A stretch of DNA of 59,307 nucleotides from Bryobacterales bacterium (GCA_040902925.1 JBBDWJ010000365.1:1-59307), one strand, 5' to 3'; counted from the first letter of the stretch, positions 29,334-39,114 are shown. The notes: a model not told the origin generated them from the letters alone. A program made the numbers and translations.

Positions 29334-30833
29334 CTAAGGGAAGATTTCCAGGTTTTTGTCTTTCTCGGACCAAAAAGCTGTGATCTCCAGGACCGTACGG
29401 CTGTCCGCATCGGCGGCGTACTGCTCGGCCGGGCCGAATTCGTGCGCCCACACCACCACGTCTTGGGCCTCTGGGATACCGTCGGCAAGCGAAAAGCCGG
29501 GGCGCTGCCGTCCGGATGCGGGAGCAGTAATGACCGGCCAGCACGAGCGGTCCCACGCCGCGATTCTGCCTTCCTGGAACAGAGACTTGAGCTTTTTTTG
29601 CCCCTTGCGACCCCAGGGTTGGTAGCGGTCTCCCGGCTGCCAGATCCGTAAGCTCAAAGGCTTCGGCAGCCTTTCCCAGTCGAGCGCTTGTTGTCGCTTT
29701 CCATTATAACCCTCTTTATTATCGGCCCGGCCCGAAATTGTCTGAGCCGCCTCCCGCAGACTCAGCCGTACCTGGCAGCCGCTTCCGGGCACGGAAAACG
29801 TCCCGGGAGGCTGCAAGCAAACCGTGCCGATCGCCGGCACTGGTTCAGGGCCTGCATCCGGCTTCACTAAACGGAGCCGATTGAAGGAACGGCGCGCCTC
29901 CAGCCCCGGCAGATCCAGCTTGCCGCCACCGCGTTCCGAAGCCGCCAAAGAGCGCAGCGCCTCGACATGGCCGAAGTCCACCGCGGACAGATCGCCGCGA
30001 ACCCGCTCGATCGCGACGCGCAGCAACCGCCGCTGTACAGCCACCGGTAATTCAGCCAACGCCCTGGCCTCCAGCTCGGTGGCTTGGCCGTCTTCCTTGA
30101 TGTAGCGGCTGGCCAGGTCGGCCATGATGCCGCTCCAATAGTCTTCTTCGGCCTGAGCCCACTGCGCCATATTCGCCAAAGTCTCGGGCAGCCTGGGATT
30201 CCAGCCCTGGCAAAGACTCGGGAGCAGCTCGTGGCGGATACGGTTGCGGGCAAACGCTGTCTGTTCGTTCGTTGAGTCCACCCGCCAACTCCAACCCCGC
30301 CGGCGCAAGTAAGCGAGAACGTCGCTCCGCGAGACTTCCAGCAAGGGCCGGACAAAGCCGGGCTCGACAACCGGCCGAATACCCGATAGCCCGGCCGTCC
30401 CGGAGCCGCGGAGCAATCGGAATAGTACCGTCTCGGCCTGGTCGGAGCGCGTGTGACCCGTGGCGATTTTCGCCGACTGCCCGCCAACAATCAATTCGGT
30501 AAACCACTGATATCGGAGGCGGCGTGCGGTTTGCTCGAGATTCTCCGCGGCCCTACGGGCTTCGGCCGCAACGTCCACCCGGTGGGAGAAATACCTTAGA
30601 TTGAGGCGTTTGGCCAGGCCGGCCACGAACTGCTCGTCAGCGTCGGCCTCGGTGCCCCGCAGCAAGTGGTTGAGGTGAACCACGGCCAGCTCGACGCCCA
30701 ATCGCGGCGCCAGCTCGGTCAGGCAACCCAGCAGCGCGACCGAATCCGCGCCGCCCGAGACCGCCACGCCGACGAGGTCGCCCGGCGAAAGCATGCCGTA
30801 TCGCGAAATCGTGGCTGCCACCCGGCGAAGCAC
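29334..30833 (-). CDS. tilS: tRNA(Ile)-lysidine synthase TilS
   Basis: PP-loop motif VAVSGGADSVALL and typical downstream blocks (ATGHTRSDQAETVLFRLLRGSG). The track ORF extends to 31058, but that extension only translates a palindromic repeat (..KAKCKRQKAK..). I chose GTG 30833 (VLRRVAATISRYGML..), so the exact start is uncertain. The gene lies upstream of ftsH, as in many bacteria. Confidence 0.85.
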   Translation of the reverse strand: MLRRVAATISRYGMLSPGDLVGVAVSGGADSVALLGCLTELAPRLGVELAVVHLNHLLRGTEADADEQFVAGLAKRLNLRYFSHRVDVAAEARRAAENLEQTARRLRYQWFTELIVGGQSAKIATGHTRSDQAETVLFRLLRGSGTAGLSGIRPVVEPGFVRPLLEVSRSDVLAYLRRRGWSWRVDSTNEQTAFARNRIRHELLPSLCQGWNPRLPETLANMAQWAQAEEDYWSGIMADLASRYIKEDGQATELEARALAELPVAVQRRLLRVAIERVRGDLSAVDFGHVEALRSLAASERGGGKLDLPGLEARRSFNRLRLVKPDAGPEPVPAIGTVCLQPPGTFSVPGSGCQVRLSLREAAQTISGRADNKEGYNGKRQQALDWERLPKPLSLRIWQPGDRYQPWGRKGQKKLKSLFQEGRIAAWDRSCWPVITAPASGRQRPGFSLADGIPEAQDVVVWAHEFGPAEQYAADADSRTVLEITAFWSEKDKNLEIFP

Positions 30834-30906
30834 GCTGTCATTGTAGCGCCGGCCGCTGGGGTGGCCGGCACCAGCCGCAAGCTCCACCACCGCGAGCGCT
30901 ACTTTC

Positions 30907-31067
30907 GCCTTTTGCCTTTTGCACTTTGCCTTTTGCCTTGTTTTTCTTGCCTTGCGTTCTTTCACGGTTCCGCGAAGACGCGGAAGCGCGATCCGAAGAC
31001 CAGGAACAGAAGACCAGGAAAAGGCAAGGAGGAAGGCAAGGCAAAAGGCAAAGTGCAAAAGGCAAAA
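30907..31067. repeat. Long palindrome built from 7-nt tandem units (GCCTTTT array / inverted GGCAAAA array)
   Basis: Perfect 31-nt inverted arms at 30910-30940 (ttttgccttttgcactttgccttttgccttg) and 31037-31067, separated by 96 nt. The left side is a run of 7-nt units (gcctttt gcctttt gcacttt gcctttt gccttgt ..) from 30907. There is an inner hairpin ttccgcg-aaga-cgcggaa at 30968-30985. The element lies 30 nt downstream of the fabV stop. Confidence 0.8.
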
Positions 31068-31097
31068 CCGGTGGTGGGTAGCGGCGGCCGCCGACGT

Positions 31098-32291
31098 TTA
31101 GAGAAACCGCTCGGTCTCAGTGGGCTGCTCGTAGTCCACACCATCCACTTCAAATCCGAAAAGATTATTGAAGTCGAGGCGGAATCCAGCCAGATCGGAA
31201 ATTTCTTCGAGGTTTTCGCTGCTCGCCTGCTCCCAGAGCGCCATCACGGCGCTCTGCACATCGTCCCGCAGCTCGAGGTCGTCGAGCCGGATCAGCCCCT
31301 GCTCGTCGGTTGCGGGAGTCGTGCCGTCGGCCAGGTGTTCGAAGGCAAGCCGCCGCATCTGCTCAATGCATCCTTCGTGCAGCCCTTTTTCCTTCATCAC
31401 GCGAAACAGCAGGCTGACGTAGAGCGGAATCATCGGAATCGCCGCCGAAGCCTGCGTGACGACGGCCTTGTTGACCGAAACCAGGGCTCCGCCGCCCAGT
31501 TTTGAGCGCAGCGCCTTATCGAGGCGGGCCGCGGTGGCCGCAAGATGCTTTTTCGCTTCCCCAATCGTGCCGTCGCGGTATACCGGCCAGGTGACCTGCG
31601 GGCCGATGTAGCTGTAGGCCAGTGTGCGTGCGCCTTCCGCCAGCAGGTTTTCCTCCAGCAGCAGATCGATCCACCACTGCCAGTCTTCGCCGCCCATGAC
31701 GGCAACCGTTTCCTCGACCTCCTGCGGCGTGGCCGGCTCCACGGTGACGTCCCCGACGACACGTGTCGACAGGTCCACCGTCTTGCCCGTATACGAACGC
31801 CCGATGGGTTTGAGCGCGGATTGATAGGTTCGGCCGTTGCGAGGGTTGATGCGGCGGGGCGACGCCAGGCTGTAAATGACCAGATCGACCTTGCCGAGAT
31901 CGTTGCGCAGCCGCGCCACGGTCTCGCGCTTCACGTCGTCGGAGAAGGCGTCGCCGTTGACCGAGCTGGCGTACAACCCATCCTGCCGGGCACGCTCATG
32001 AAAGGCGGCGCTGTTGTAGAACCCAGCGGATGCGGTCTTTTTGCCATCCGGAGGCCTCTCGAAGAACACCCCGAGCGTCTTGGCGCCGAATCCCCACGCA
32101 GCGGCGACCCGTGTCGCTAGGCCATATCCGGTCGAAGCGCCGACGACCAGCACGTTTTGCGGACCGCTCAGCGCGGCGGGGCGGTCCACCGACATCGCTT
32201 GAATCTGGCGCTCAACCATCGCGGCGCAGCCGTCGGGGTGAGCGTTGATGCAAATGAATCCGCGGGAGCGTTGTTTGACGAGTTCGGTCAT
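31098..32291 (-). CDS. fabV: Enoyl-[acyl-carrier-protein] reductase FabV (trans-2-enoyl-CoA reductase family)
   Basis: 397 aa, collinear with FabV as I recall it: RGFICINAHPDGC, VLVVGASTGYGLA, VIYSLASPRR, VMGGEDWQWW, SYIGPQVTWPVY, GEAKKHL, LRLDDLELRDDVQ. Confidence 0.93.
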   Translation of the reverse strand: MTELVKQRSRGFICINAHPDGCAAMVERQIQAMSVDRPAALSGPQNVLVVGASTGYGLATRVAAAWGFGAKTLGVFFERPPDGKKTASAGFYNSAAFHERARQDGLYASSVNGDAFSDDVKRETVARLRNDLGKVDLVIYSLASPRRINPRNGRTYQSALKPIGRSYTGKTVDLSTRVVGDVTVEPATPQEVEETVAVMGGEDWQWWIDLLLEENLLAEGARTLAYSYIGPQVTWPVYRDGTIGEAKKHLAATAARLDKALRSKLGGGALVSVNKAVVTQASAAIPMIPLYVSLLFRVMKEKGLHEGCIEQMRRLAFEHLADGTTPATDEQGLIRLDDLELRDDVQSAVMALWEQASSENLEEISDLAGFRLDFNNLFGFEVDGVDYEQPTETERFL

Positions 32292-32364
32292 GAATTGGTT
32301 CGTTGCGCCCCTGGGCAGGCTGGAACACCGGCTCAGCGCAAGTGTCGTTCGCCCGCTTGCCGAG

Positions 32365-33150
32365 CTATGCGTGCGTCAGAAAGTCCATCCGGCCGCCGTC
32401 GACAGACAGGAACTGGCCGGTCATAAACCCCGATTCCTCGGAAGCCAAAAAGGTTATCACGTTAGCGATATCGTCGGGTTGCCCGGCGCGGGCCAGCATG
32501 GACTTGGAAGCGGCGTTCTGGGTCATCTGCTGGATCTCCCCGGGGTTCATGCCAGCCGACACCATGTCGGTGACCGTCAGGCCGGGCAGCACGGCGTTGG
32601 CCGTAATCCCGGCGTGCCCCAGCTCCAGCGCGAAGCGCTTGGTGAGAATCAGCACGGCGGCCTTGGTGGCCGCGTAAAGCGTGGTTCCGGAAAACCCCGT
32701 TCCGAGCGCCGCAATCGACGACAAGTTGATGATCCGTCCGTATTTACGCTCGATCATCGCAGGCGCGACGGCGGCTGTGACATGCAGGATTCCCTTGACA
32801 TTCACCTCCCACATTTGGTCAAATTCCTTGGTTTCATAGGCCAACAGATCGCCGCGAAAAAGCAGGCCGGCGTTGTTGACCAGGATATCAATCGGTCCGA
32901 GTTCGGCCTGGGCGGCGGCCGTCATTTTTTTGACTGCGGCAGGGCTTGTGACATCGGCCTGCAGTGCGGCGGCGCGTCCCCCCATCTGCCGGATCTGTTC
33001 CACCACGTTGTGGGCTGCATCGGCGCGTGAATGGTAGTTCACGCCCACGGCCGCGCCTTGTGCCGCAAGCTGAAGAGCGGTGGCGCGACCGATGCCGCGT
33101 GAAGCGCCCGTGACCAAGGCCGTGCGTCCTTGGAGTCGAAACATACCCAT
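32365..33150 (-). CDS. SDR-family oxidoreductase (FabG-like)
   Basis: Start at an ATG preceded by GGAGGA (alternative 33144). TGxxxGIG motif (ALVTGASRGIGRA), NNAG, and YxxxK (YAATKAAV). Confidence 0.85.
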   Translation of the reverse strand: MGMFRLQGRTALVTGASRGIGRATALQLAAQGAAVGVNYHSRADAAHNVVEQIRQMGGRAAALQADVTSPAAVKKMTAAAQAELGPIDILVNNAGLLFRGDLLAYETKEFDQMWEVNVKGILHVTAAVAPAMIERKYGRIINLSSIAALGTGFSGTTLYAATKAAVLILTKRFALELGHAGITANAVLPGLTVTDMVSAGMNPGEIQQMTQNAASKSMLARAGQPDDIANVITFLASEESGFMTGQFLSVDGGRMDFLTHA

Positions 33151-33451
33151 GGGGTCCTCCGGTTCAACATTGTAGTGCGTACGGCGGAGGGATTTCGTGC
33201 AGCCGGGCGATTGAGTTTCCCAGCGTCTTGTGGAACCCGCGCGAACGAATGAATAGTAAGATAGGCCGATTGAGAAAGAAATCGCTAGAGTCGTATTGCC
33301 GGTCCGAAGTTCCATCGATCAAGAGATGGGGACTGGCACACATTTCGAACTAGGTCGTTCGATTTAGAATTCCGCACAAATTCCTGCAAGACAGAACGAA
33401 TTTGGACCGCCAGGACCCGGGCAAGTCCTCCGGAAGCCTACGATAAGATCC

Positions 33452-33493
33452 AGCAGCGTTTGTGTCGCCTGAGCAGCGTTTGTGTCGCCTGAG
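33452..33493. repeat. 20-bp tandem direct repeat (about 2.1 copies of agcagcgtttgtgtcgcctg)
   Basis: Units at 33452-33471 and 33472-33491 are identical, followed by two further matching bases. The repeat ends about 25 nt upstream of the phosphorylase start codon. Confidence 0.8.
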
Positions 33494-33516
33494 TAGATCG
33501 TGGAGAAACGACCGTT

Positions 33517-35289
33517 ATGAGTAGCGAGGCCGAGGGTACGAGCCAGAGCGCCGCGAGCAGTGAGCCGGCGCTGCGCTCGCCCAGAGTGGCGTACTTCAGC
33601 ATGGAGGTCGCCCTGGATCCCGAAATCCCCACCTACAGCGGGGGTTTGGGCGTGTTGGCTGGCGACACTTTGCGGTCGGCAGCCGATCTGGGCGTACCAA
33701 TGGTGGGCGTCAGCCTGCTCCACCGCAAAGGATACTTCAACCAGAAGCTCGACCCGCAGGGCAACCAGACCGAGGAACCGGTCGAGTGGGACCCCGAGCA
33801 ACTGCTGCAAGTCATGGAACCGCTCGTCACGGTGTCCCTCGAAGGCAGGCCCGTACACCTGCGCTGCTGGCGGTACCTCATCTACGGCATCAATGGCCAG
33901 GTCGTGCCGGTCTACTTGCTGGACAGCAAGGTCAGCACCAACAGCGAATGGGACCAATCGTTGACGGACCACCTCTACGGCGGCGACGAGCGTTACCGGC
34001 TGTGCCAGGAAATGCTGCTCGGCATGGGCGGCGTGCAGATACTGGAAAGCCTGCGCCATACGAACATCGCGACGTTTCACATGAACGAGGGCCATTCAGC
34101 CCTGCTGGTGTTGCGGCTGGTCGAGCGGCAGATGGCGCAAAGCGGCAATAAGTTTCCGTCGAGCAAAGACCTGATGGTCGTGCGCCGGCATTGTGTCTTC
34201 ACGACGCATACGCCCGTGCCGGCGGGTCACGACGAGTTTTCGGGGAACCTCGTCCGCCAGGTGCTCGGCGAAGAGCGAAGCGTGCTGCTGTTCTCGACAG
34301 GGTTCACGGGTCTCGACCACCTCAACATGACCCACCTGGCGCTGCACCACTCCAACTACGTCAATGGCGTCGCGATGCGGCACGGCGAAGTTTCGCGCGG
34401 CATGTTTCCCAAATACCGCATCCGGGCGCTCACCAACGGCGTCCACGCGGCGACTTGGGCTGCTCCCTCGATGCGCGAGCTGTTCGACCGCGAGATCCCG
34501 GAATGGCGTCACGACAACGTCTACTTGCGGTACGCCATCGACATTCCGCTGGCGGACGTCCGGGCGGCGCATATGCGCGCCAAACGAGCCCTACTGCGGG
34601 CCGTCGAAGCCTCCTGCGGCGTCACGCTCGATGAGAACGTTCTCACCATCGGTTTCGCGCGGCGGGCCACCGGTTACAAGCGAGCCGATTTATTCCTTTC
34701 CGACCAGGAGCGCCTGAAGCGGATTACCTTGAGCGCCGGCCCGCTGCAAGTGATCTACGGCGGCAAAGCGCATCCCAAAGACGAAGGCGGCAAGGCGAAA
34801 ATCCGCCGCATCTTCCGGGCGGCGAGCGCGCTCGGGCACAGCGTCAAGGTCGTCTACGTCGAAAACTACGACTGGTCGTGGGGCGCTTTGATTTGCAGCG
34901 GCTGCGACCTGTGGTTGAACACGCCCATCAAGACGCGCGAGGCCTCCGGCACCAGCGGCATGAAAGCAGCCCTAAACGGCGTGCCCAGCCTCAGCGTGCT
35001 CGACGGCTGGTGGGTCGAAGGGCATTTGGAAAGCCTCACGGGCTGGTCGATTGACGGCAAAGACGACGATGAGGACGCCGAGGCCGAGTCGCTCTATGAC
35101 AAGCTCGAAAAAGTGATCATGCCGCTCTACTACAAAGATACCGACGGATACGCGCAGGTCATGCGCACCGCTGTCGCGCTCAACGGCTCGTTCTTCAACA
35201 CCCAGCGCATGCTGCTGCAGTACATCTTTAACGCCTATTCACAGAACGGCAAACATTGGCAGGACGTTCTATCGGCGGGCGGCCAATAG
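33517..35289 (+). CDS. glgP: Alpha-glucan (glycogen/maltodextrin) phosphorylase, GT35 short form
   Basis: 590 aa. VAYFSMEVAL..IPTYSGGLGVLAGDTLRSAADLGVPMVGVSLLHRKGYF, and the PLP-lysine region EASGTSGMKAALNGV. Confidence 0.9.
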   Translation: MSSEAEGTSQSAASSEPALRSPRVAYFSMEVALDPEIPTYSGGLGVLAGDTLRSAADLGVPMVGVSLLHRKGYFNQKLDPQGNQTEEPVEWDPEQLLQVMEPLVTVSLEGRPVHLRCWRYLIYGINGQVVPVYLLDSKVSTNSEWDQSLTDHLYGGDERYRLCQEMLLGMGGVQILESLRHTNIATFHMNEGHSALLVLRLVERQMAQSGNKFPSSKDLMVVRRHCVFTTHTPVPAGHDEFSGNLVRQVLGEERSVLLFSTGFTGLDHLNMTHLALHHSNYVNGVAMRHGEVSRGMFPKYRIRALTNGVHAATWAAPSMRELFDREIPEWRHDNVYLRYAIDIPLADVRAAHMRAKRALLRAVEASCGVTLDENVLTIGFARRATGYKRADLFLSDQERLKRITLSAGPLQVIYGGKAHPKDEGGKAKIRRIFRAASALGHSVKVVYVENYDWSWGALICSGCDLWLNTPIKTREASGTSGMKAALNGVPSLSVLDGWWVEGHLESLTGWSIDGKDDDEDAEAESLYDKLEKVIMPLYYKDTDGYAQVMRTAVALNGSFFNTQRMLLQYIFNAYSQNGKHWQDVLSAGGQ

Positions 35290-35365
35290 GCCGCGAGCGC
35301 CGGATCGTTTGTTGCCTGCACGGCGAAGGTCCGCATCTCAACCAATCAACGGATAACCGCCGCCA

Positions 35366-36040
35366 TCAAAACTGCAGCCGTTTTTTGAACAAGAACAACA
35401 GATTCTGAATACCATCGCGCCAGGGATTGAGCTTGATCTCCCCCATCCGCGATGTATACATGACGGGGATCTCATCAAAGCGGATCCGCGGGTGCTTGAT
35501 AGCCTCGACTTTGATCTCCTCGGAAAAAGCCATGCCGTCGGAGTCGAGCCGGATACTCTCCAGGATCGAGCGCCGGAACACCCACATGCCCGACTGCGAG
35601 TCGCGCACCCACCGGAAAAACAGCAGCGACATCGTGATCGAGAGAATGAGATTGCCGACATGGTGCTTGAAGCTCATTGCCGCGCGGTCACGCACCGGGA
35701 AGCGCGAGGCGTTCAGGAAATCAACCGACAGATGCAGGAACGCTTCGAGCAGGTAAGAGATCGCGTCCACCGGATAGGAGTGGTCGCCGTCCAGCGTGAC
35801 GATGATGTCGCTTGTGGCGTGGCCAAAACCCTTCTTGTAGGCCCGCCCGTAGCCGCGGACGTCTTCGCGGATGACCTTGGCGCCCTTCGCGCGAGCAATG
35901 TCGGCCGTGCGGTCGGTCGAGCCGTTATCGACGACGATCACTTCGTCGACGTAATCCGGCATGCGCGAGAGCACTTCCTCGACGCCCTGCTCTTCGTTCA
36001 GGCAAGGAATGATGGCGGTGATGCTGAGTCCCTTGTACAT
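35366..36040 (-). CDS. Family 2 glycosyltransferase (polyprenyl-phosphate sugar transferase-like)
   Basis: 224 aa. ITAIIPCLNEE, VIVVDNGSTDRTADIA, TLDGDHSYP. Confidence 0.85.
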   Translation of the reverse strand: MYKGLSITAIIPCLNEEQGVEEVLSRMPDYVDEVIVVDNGSTDRTADIARAKGAKVIREDVRGYGRAYKKGFGHATSDIIVTLDGDHSYPVDAISYLLEAFLHLSVDFLNASRFPVRDRAAMSFKHHVGNLILSITMSLLFFRWVRDSQSGMWVFRRSILESIRLDSDGMAFSEEIKVEAIKHPRIRFDEIPVMYTSRMGEIKLNPWRDGIQNLLFLFKKRLQF

Positions 36041-36311
36041 CGGTTAGACGAGCAGGAACAGGCGCTATCGCCTGTCCTTCGCCGCGAAAACAGCGAGGCC
36101 CTGGGAAAGGTTTAGGGGCGAGACGCGTAAACCTGCCTGTTGCCTTCGCACCCAGGCGAGCGCCGCGCGCAAAGGCAATCACCGATAGTACTCCAACGAG
36201 GGGCAGGGTTTCATCCGACCGGACCGTCGCGCGGTTGGCCGCGCGGGCACGGTTGCCATGCACCACAACTCGTCGTGAAATATGCGGGCGAGACGGGGGC
36301 TCGGCGAGCGC

Positions 36312-37697
36312 TTAAGGGCGGTTCGGTGCGCGCACGCGCTTGACCAGCTCCACGGCCTTGCCGAGAATCGTCGCTTCAATTGCGGGCGCCCAAGGGCCGG
36401 GCTGTCCGTAATAAACCTGCGAGCGATCGGCTTCGTAGCCGCCTTCGGATAGAATTTCCTTGGTCGGGATATACGCGAAAACGTCGTTGGCGTACGCAAC
36501 GGGCCAGGTTGACTCCTCGCCCAATCGCTCCTTGAGCTGAAGGGCGTAGCCGACAACGACTTCACCGGCCAGCGCCACCAACGTCACCGTGCCGCCTAGT
36601 TGCACGGCTTGTAAGGGATAGGAATAGTCCGTTGGAATGCGGCCGCCACTCGCGAGCAGCTCCAAATGCTCGGCGGCGTGACGGCGTACAAAGCGGTTCG
36701 GGTCTTTTGCGCGGGCTTCGAACTCGCCGCGGGATGGCGCCGGCGCCAAGGGGATCGGGAAGCGGATCAATTCGGCGCGAAGGTCGCCGTCAACACTCCG
36801 GCCGTCGCTGCTCATGACGCCCGCGACAGCCGCCGCTAACTCCTCGCCGTGCTGCTCGACATGCGCCATCTCGCCGCGCGGTTCCGGATTGGCGTCCGCG
36901 CCGCAGCCCATCATGAAAAGCGCCACAACGCCGGGCTGGGCGCTTTCAACCCGCCGCTGCGCCTCGCCGGCATAGTCCCCGTGAAATTCGTAATGGTTTC
37001 CGGTCAGGGTCGTATTGTGGCAGGCGTAGCTGAATAGCACTGCGATCGGCTTACCGTCCATCGAACTCACCCGCAGCACGGGGACGTCGTGATCCACGGG
37101 ACCTTTCGGATTCATTGCCAGTTTGACGCCATCCGGAGTCTGCTGCCGCCGGTTCATGGCAAAGCCCGCCTGCCCGCGGTGAAACGTCAGACGCGACGGC
37201 GCAAGATTCGCTATCGCCTTTCCGATGACTTCAACCACTTGCTCCTGTAAGTACTGCGTGTAGTCCTCCACGGCCTTGGACTGCTCCGGCGTGAAGTCAT
37301 ACATCACCCGCAGCGAATTACCCAGCGTAGGGCCGGTGTGCGTATGCGACGAGCTGAGCACGAGCCGCTCGCGAGGCAACTCGAAACGTTCGCGGGCCTG
37401 ACAGGCGATCGCTTCCGACACGCCGTTCACGAAACCGATCAAATCGCTGGTGACGATGACGACGCGCGACCCGCTGGGATCTTCTATCGCCAGCGCCTTG
37501 GCGTGCAGCTCTTGAGCGACGCCCTGCGAGGGCTTGTCGCGGTTGCCGTAACCAGCCATCCAAACCGGCATTTGCGGCGTGATCGAAACCACCGCCGCGC
37601 CAGCCTTCCACTGCTGCCCCTGCAGACCGGCGGCGGCTGCGAGGAAAATCAGGGCCAGATTTCGTATTCGTTCCCGATGCATAAGCATCGCCATCAT
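36312..37697 (-). CDS. Neutral/alkaline ceramidase N-terminal-domain family protein, exported
   Basis: Signal peptide (LALIFLAAAAGLQG). Family-typical opening WKAGAAVVSITPQMPVWMAGYGNRDKPSQGVAQELHAKALAIED..VVIVTSDLIGF. Confidence 0.75.
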   Translation of the reverse strand: MMAMLMHRERIRNLALIFLAAAAGLQGQQWKAGAAVVSITPQMPVWMAGYGNRDKPSQGVAQELHAKALAIEDPSGSRVVIVTSDLIGFVNGVSEAIACQARERFELPRERLVLSSSHTHTGPTLGNSLRVMYDFTPEQSKAVEDYTQYLQEQVVEVIGKAIANLAPSRLTFHRGQAGFAMNRRQQTPDGVKLAMNPKGPVDHDVPVLRVSSMDGKPIAVLFSYACHNTTLTGNHYEFHGDYAGEAQRRVESAQPGVVALFMMGCGADANPEPRGEMAHVEQHGEELAAAVAGVMSSDGRSVDGDLRAELIRFPIPLAPAPSRGEFEARAKDPNRFVRRHAAEHLELLASGGRIPTDYSYPLQAVQLGGTVTLVALAGEVVVGYALQLKERLGEESTWPVAYANDVFAYIPTKEILSEGGYEADRSQVYYGQPGPWAPAIEATILGKAVELVKRVRAPNRP

Positions 37698-37907
37698 ACA
37701 CCCGCTGCGCCAGCGGCGGCTTACGCGGCTTATTTAAACCCGGCCCGGCCAACGTCTTACGGCGCCCCTAGCCCGCTGCTGTTCCGAGGTTTGCCGGCCA
37801 GCGGCGCTTTGTTGACACCCCTGGAAAGTGGTTCCTAGAATGAGATTTGCGCGGGCTTGGGCCGGGTCCTACGTAAATCGCTCTCGGCCCAAGGCTTACG
37901 ATCTACA

Positions 37908-38267
37908 ATGGACAAGAGCAGCCGAGCGCGATACAAGAAAAAGCTGGAGCAGGAGCAGGCCGACCTGCAAGCGCTGCTTGTTCGCACCAAGGACGCCGGG
38001 CGGAACGCTGACGAGCTTGGCCCCGAGGACGCTGCGGAAAAGGCCGCCAACTCCTACAACAAGGAGCTCCTCTTCCGGCAGGGCGATAATGAGCGTAGCC
38101 ATCTTCATCTTGTCGAAGAGGCTTTGAACCGGGTTGGGTCGCGAGATTTTGGGTCATGCCAATCGTGCGGCGATCCGATCGACAAGAAGCGGTTGGATGC
38201 GGTGCCGTGGGCGCCATTCTGCCGCTCTTGTCAGGAAGAGGAAGAGCGCAACAATCACGGCGAATAG
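37908..38267 (+). CDS. DksA/TraR-family C4 zinc-finger protein
   Basis: Start at ATG 37908 (MDKSSRARYKK). Coiled-coil N-terminus and CQSCGDPIDKKRLDAVPWAPFCRSC (Cx2Cx17Cx2C). Confidence 0.8.
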   Translation: MDKSSRARYKKKLEQEQADLQALLVRTKDAGRNADELGPEDAAEKAANSYNKELLFRQGDNERSHLHLVEEALNRVGSRDFGSCQSCGDPIDKKRLDAVPWAPFCRSCQEEEERNNHGE

Positions 38268-38426
38268 TACGGCGCGATGATGTGACAGACAGCGAGGTGG
38301 GCTTTCCCTAGTAGCAGGAGCAGTTCACTTACCTCGAAAGCTCTTACGGCCAGACGGGCCCCCGGCCTGGCTGGCGCGCTCTTTACCGCCTTTTTTCCCG
38401 ACGAATGCCGCCTCTGCGAACGCCCC

Positions 38427-39092
38427 TTGGAGGGGTTTACCAGAGCGCCGGTTTGCCCCGATTGCCTCGGTTCGCTCGTCGCTGACGACCCCTCCCGATC
38501 CTGTTCGCGTTGCGGCCAGGCTGTAGAGACCGCTAACCCCAACGGCTGCAGCTTCTGCCGCACGTCTCCGCCTCCCTTCGATGCGGCGGGCTCGTTCGGC
38601 GTGTATCAGGGCAATTTGCGCCGCCTGATCCATTTGCTCAAATACGAGAAGATGCTGCCGCTTGCGCAACCGCTCGCGGGACGCATGGCGTCGCAGCTTC
38701 CCCGTTTCGGGACCATTGATTTCATCGTTCCCGTGCCGCTTTATTGGACCCGAAAGTGGCTGCGCGGGTTTAATCAGTCCGCTTTGCTTGCGAAATTGCT
38801 TGCCGCGCGGAGCGGAGCCGGCTATCGCCCTCGCGCACTTCGCCGCACACGCCGTACCGCGGTGCAGGCCGGCCTTTCCGACTCCGCGCGTATCCACAAC
38901 GTGCGCGGCGCTTTTGCCGCCCGGGCCGCGGGTCTCGAGGGGCGGCGCATCCTGCTCGTCGATGATGTGATGACGACCGGCGCAACGCTCGCCGCGGCCG
39001 CGGCGGCGCTCAAGCAAGCCGGGGTTTCGTATGTCGGGGCGTTCACGCTCGCGCGAGCCGTGCGCCAGAGCCGTTTGGGGGCGTCTTCATGA
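38427..39092 (+). CDS. comF: ComF-family phosphoribosyltransferase-like protein
   Basis: PRTase motif [14 protein letters not shown], zinc-knuckle [13 protein letters not shown], and [10 protein letters not shown]. The family-typical first CxxC ([13 protein letters not shown]) lies upstream of the first canonical start (TTG 38427), in the same frame, which is open back to 38286. The real start is therefore unresolved. Confidence 0.75.
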   Translation: MEGFTRAPVCPDCLGSLVADDPSRSCSRCGQAVETANPNGCSFCRTSPPPFDAAGSFGVYQGNLRRLIHLLKYEKMLPLAQPLAGRMASQLPRFGTIDFIVPVPLYWTRKWLRGFNQSALLAKLLAARSGAGYRPRALRRTRRTAVQAGLSDSARIHNVRGAFAARAAGLEGRRILLVDDVMTTGATLAAAAAALKQAGVSYVGAFTLARAVRQSRLGASS

Positions 39093-39114
39093 GGGTGTCG
39101 CAAGTGGTGTCACG

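Noticed and set aside
30834-31058. N-terminal extension of TilS (MHFAFCLAFLLAF..KAKCKRQKAK..)
   Set aside because: The extension is only the translation of the heptamer palindrome, and the mirror ORF on the other strand gives the same kind of peptide. TilS homology starts around VLRRVAATISRYGML.
33334-33348. Sigma-54 promoter candidate upstream of glgP (TGGCACacatttcga)
   Set aside because: The -24 element TGGCAC is perfect, but the -12 position reads TCGA instead of TTGC and the conserved GC is missing at the required spacing. I cannot support it without a PWM score or TSS data.
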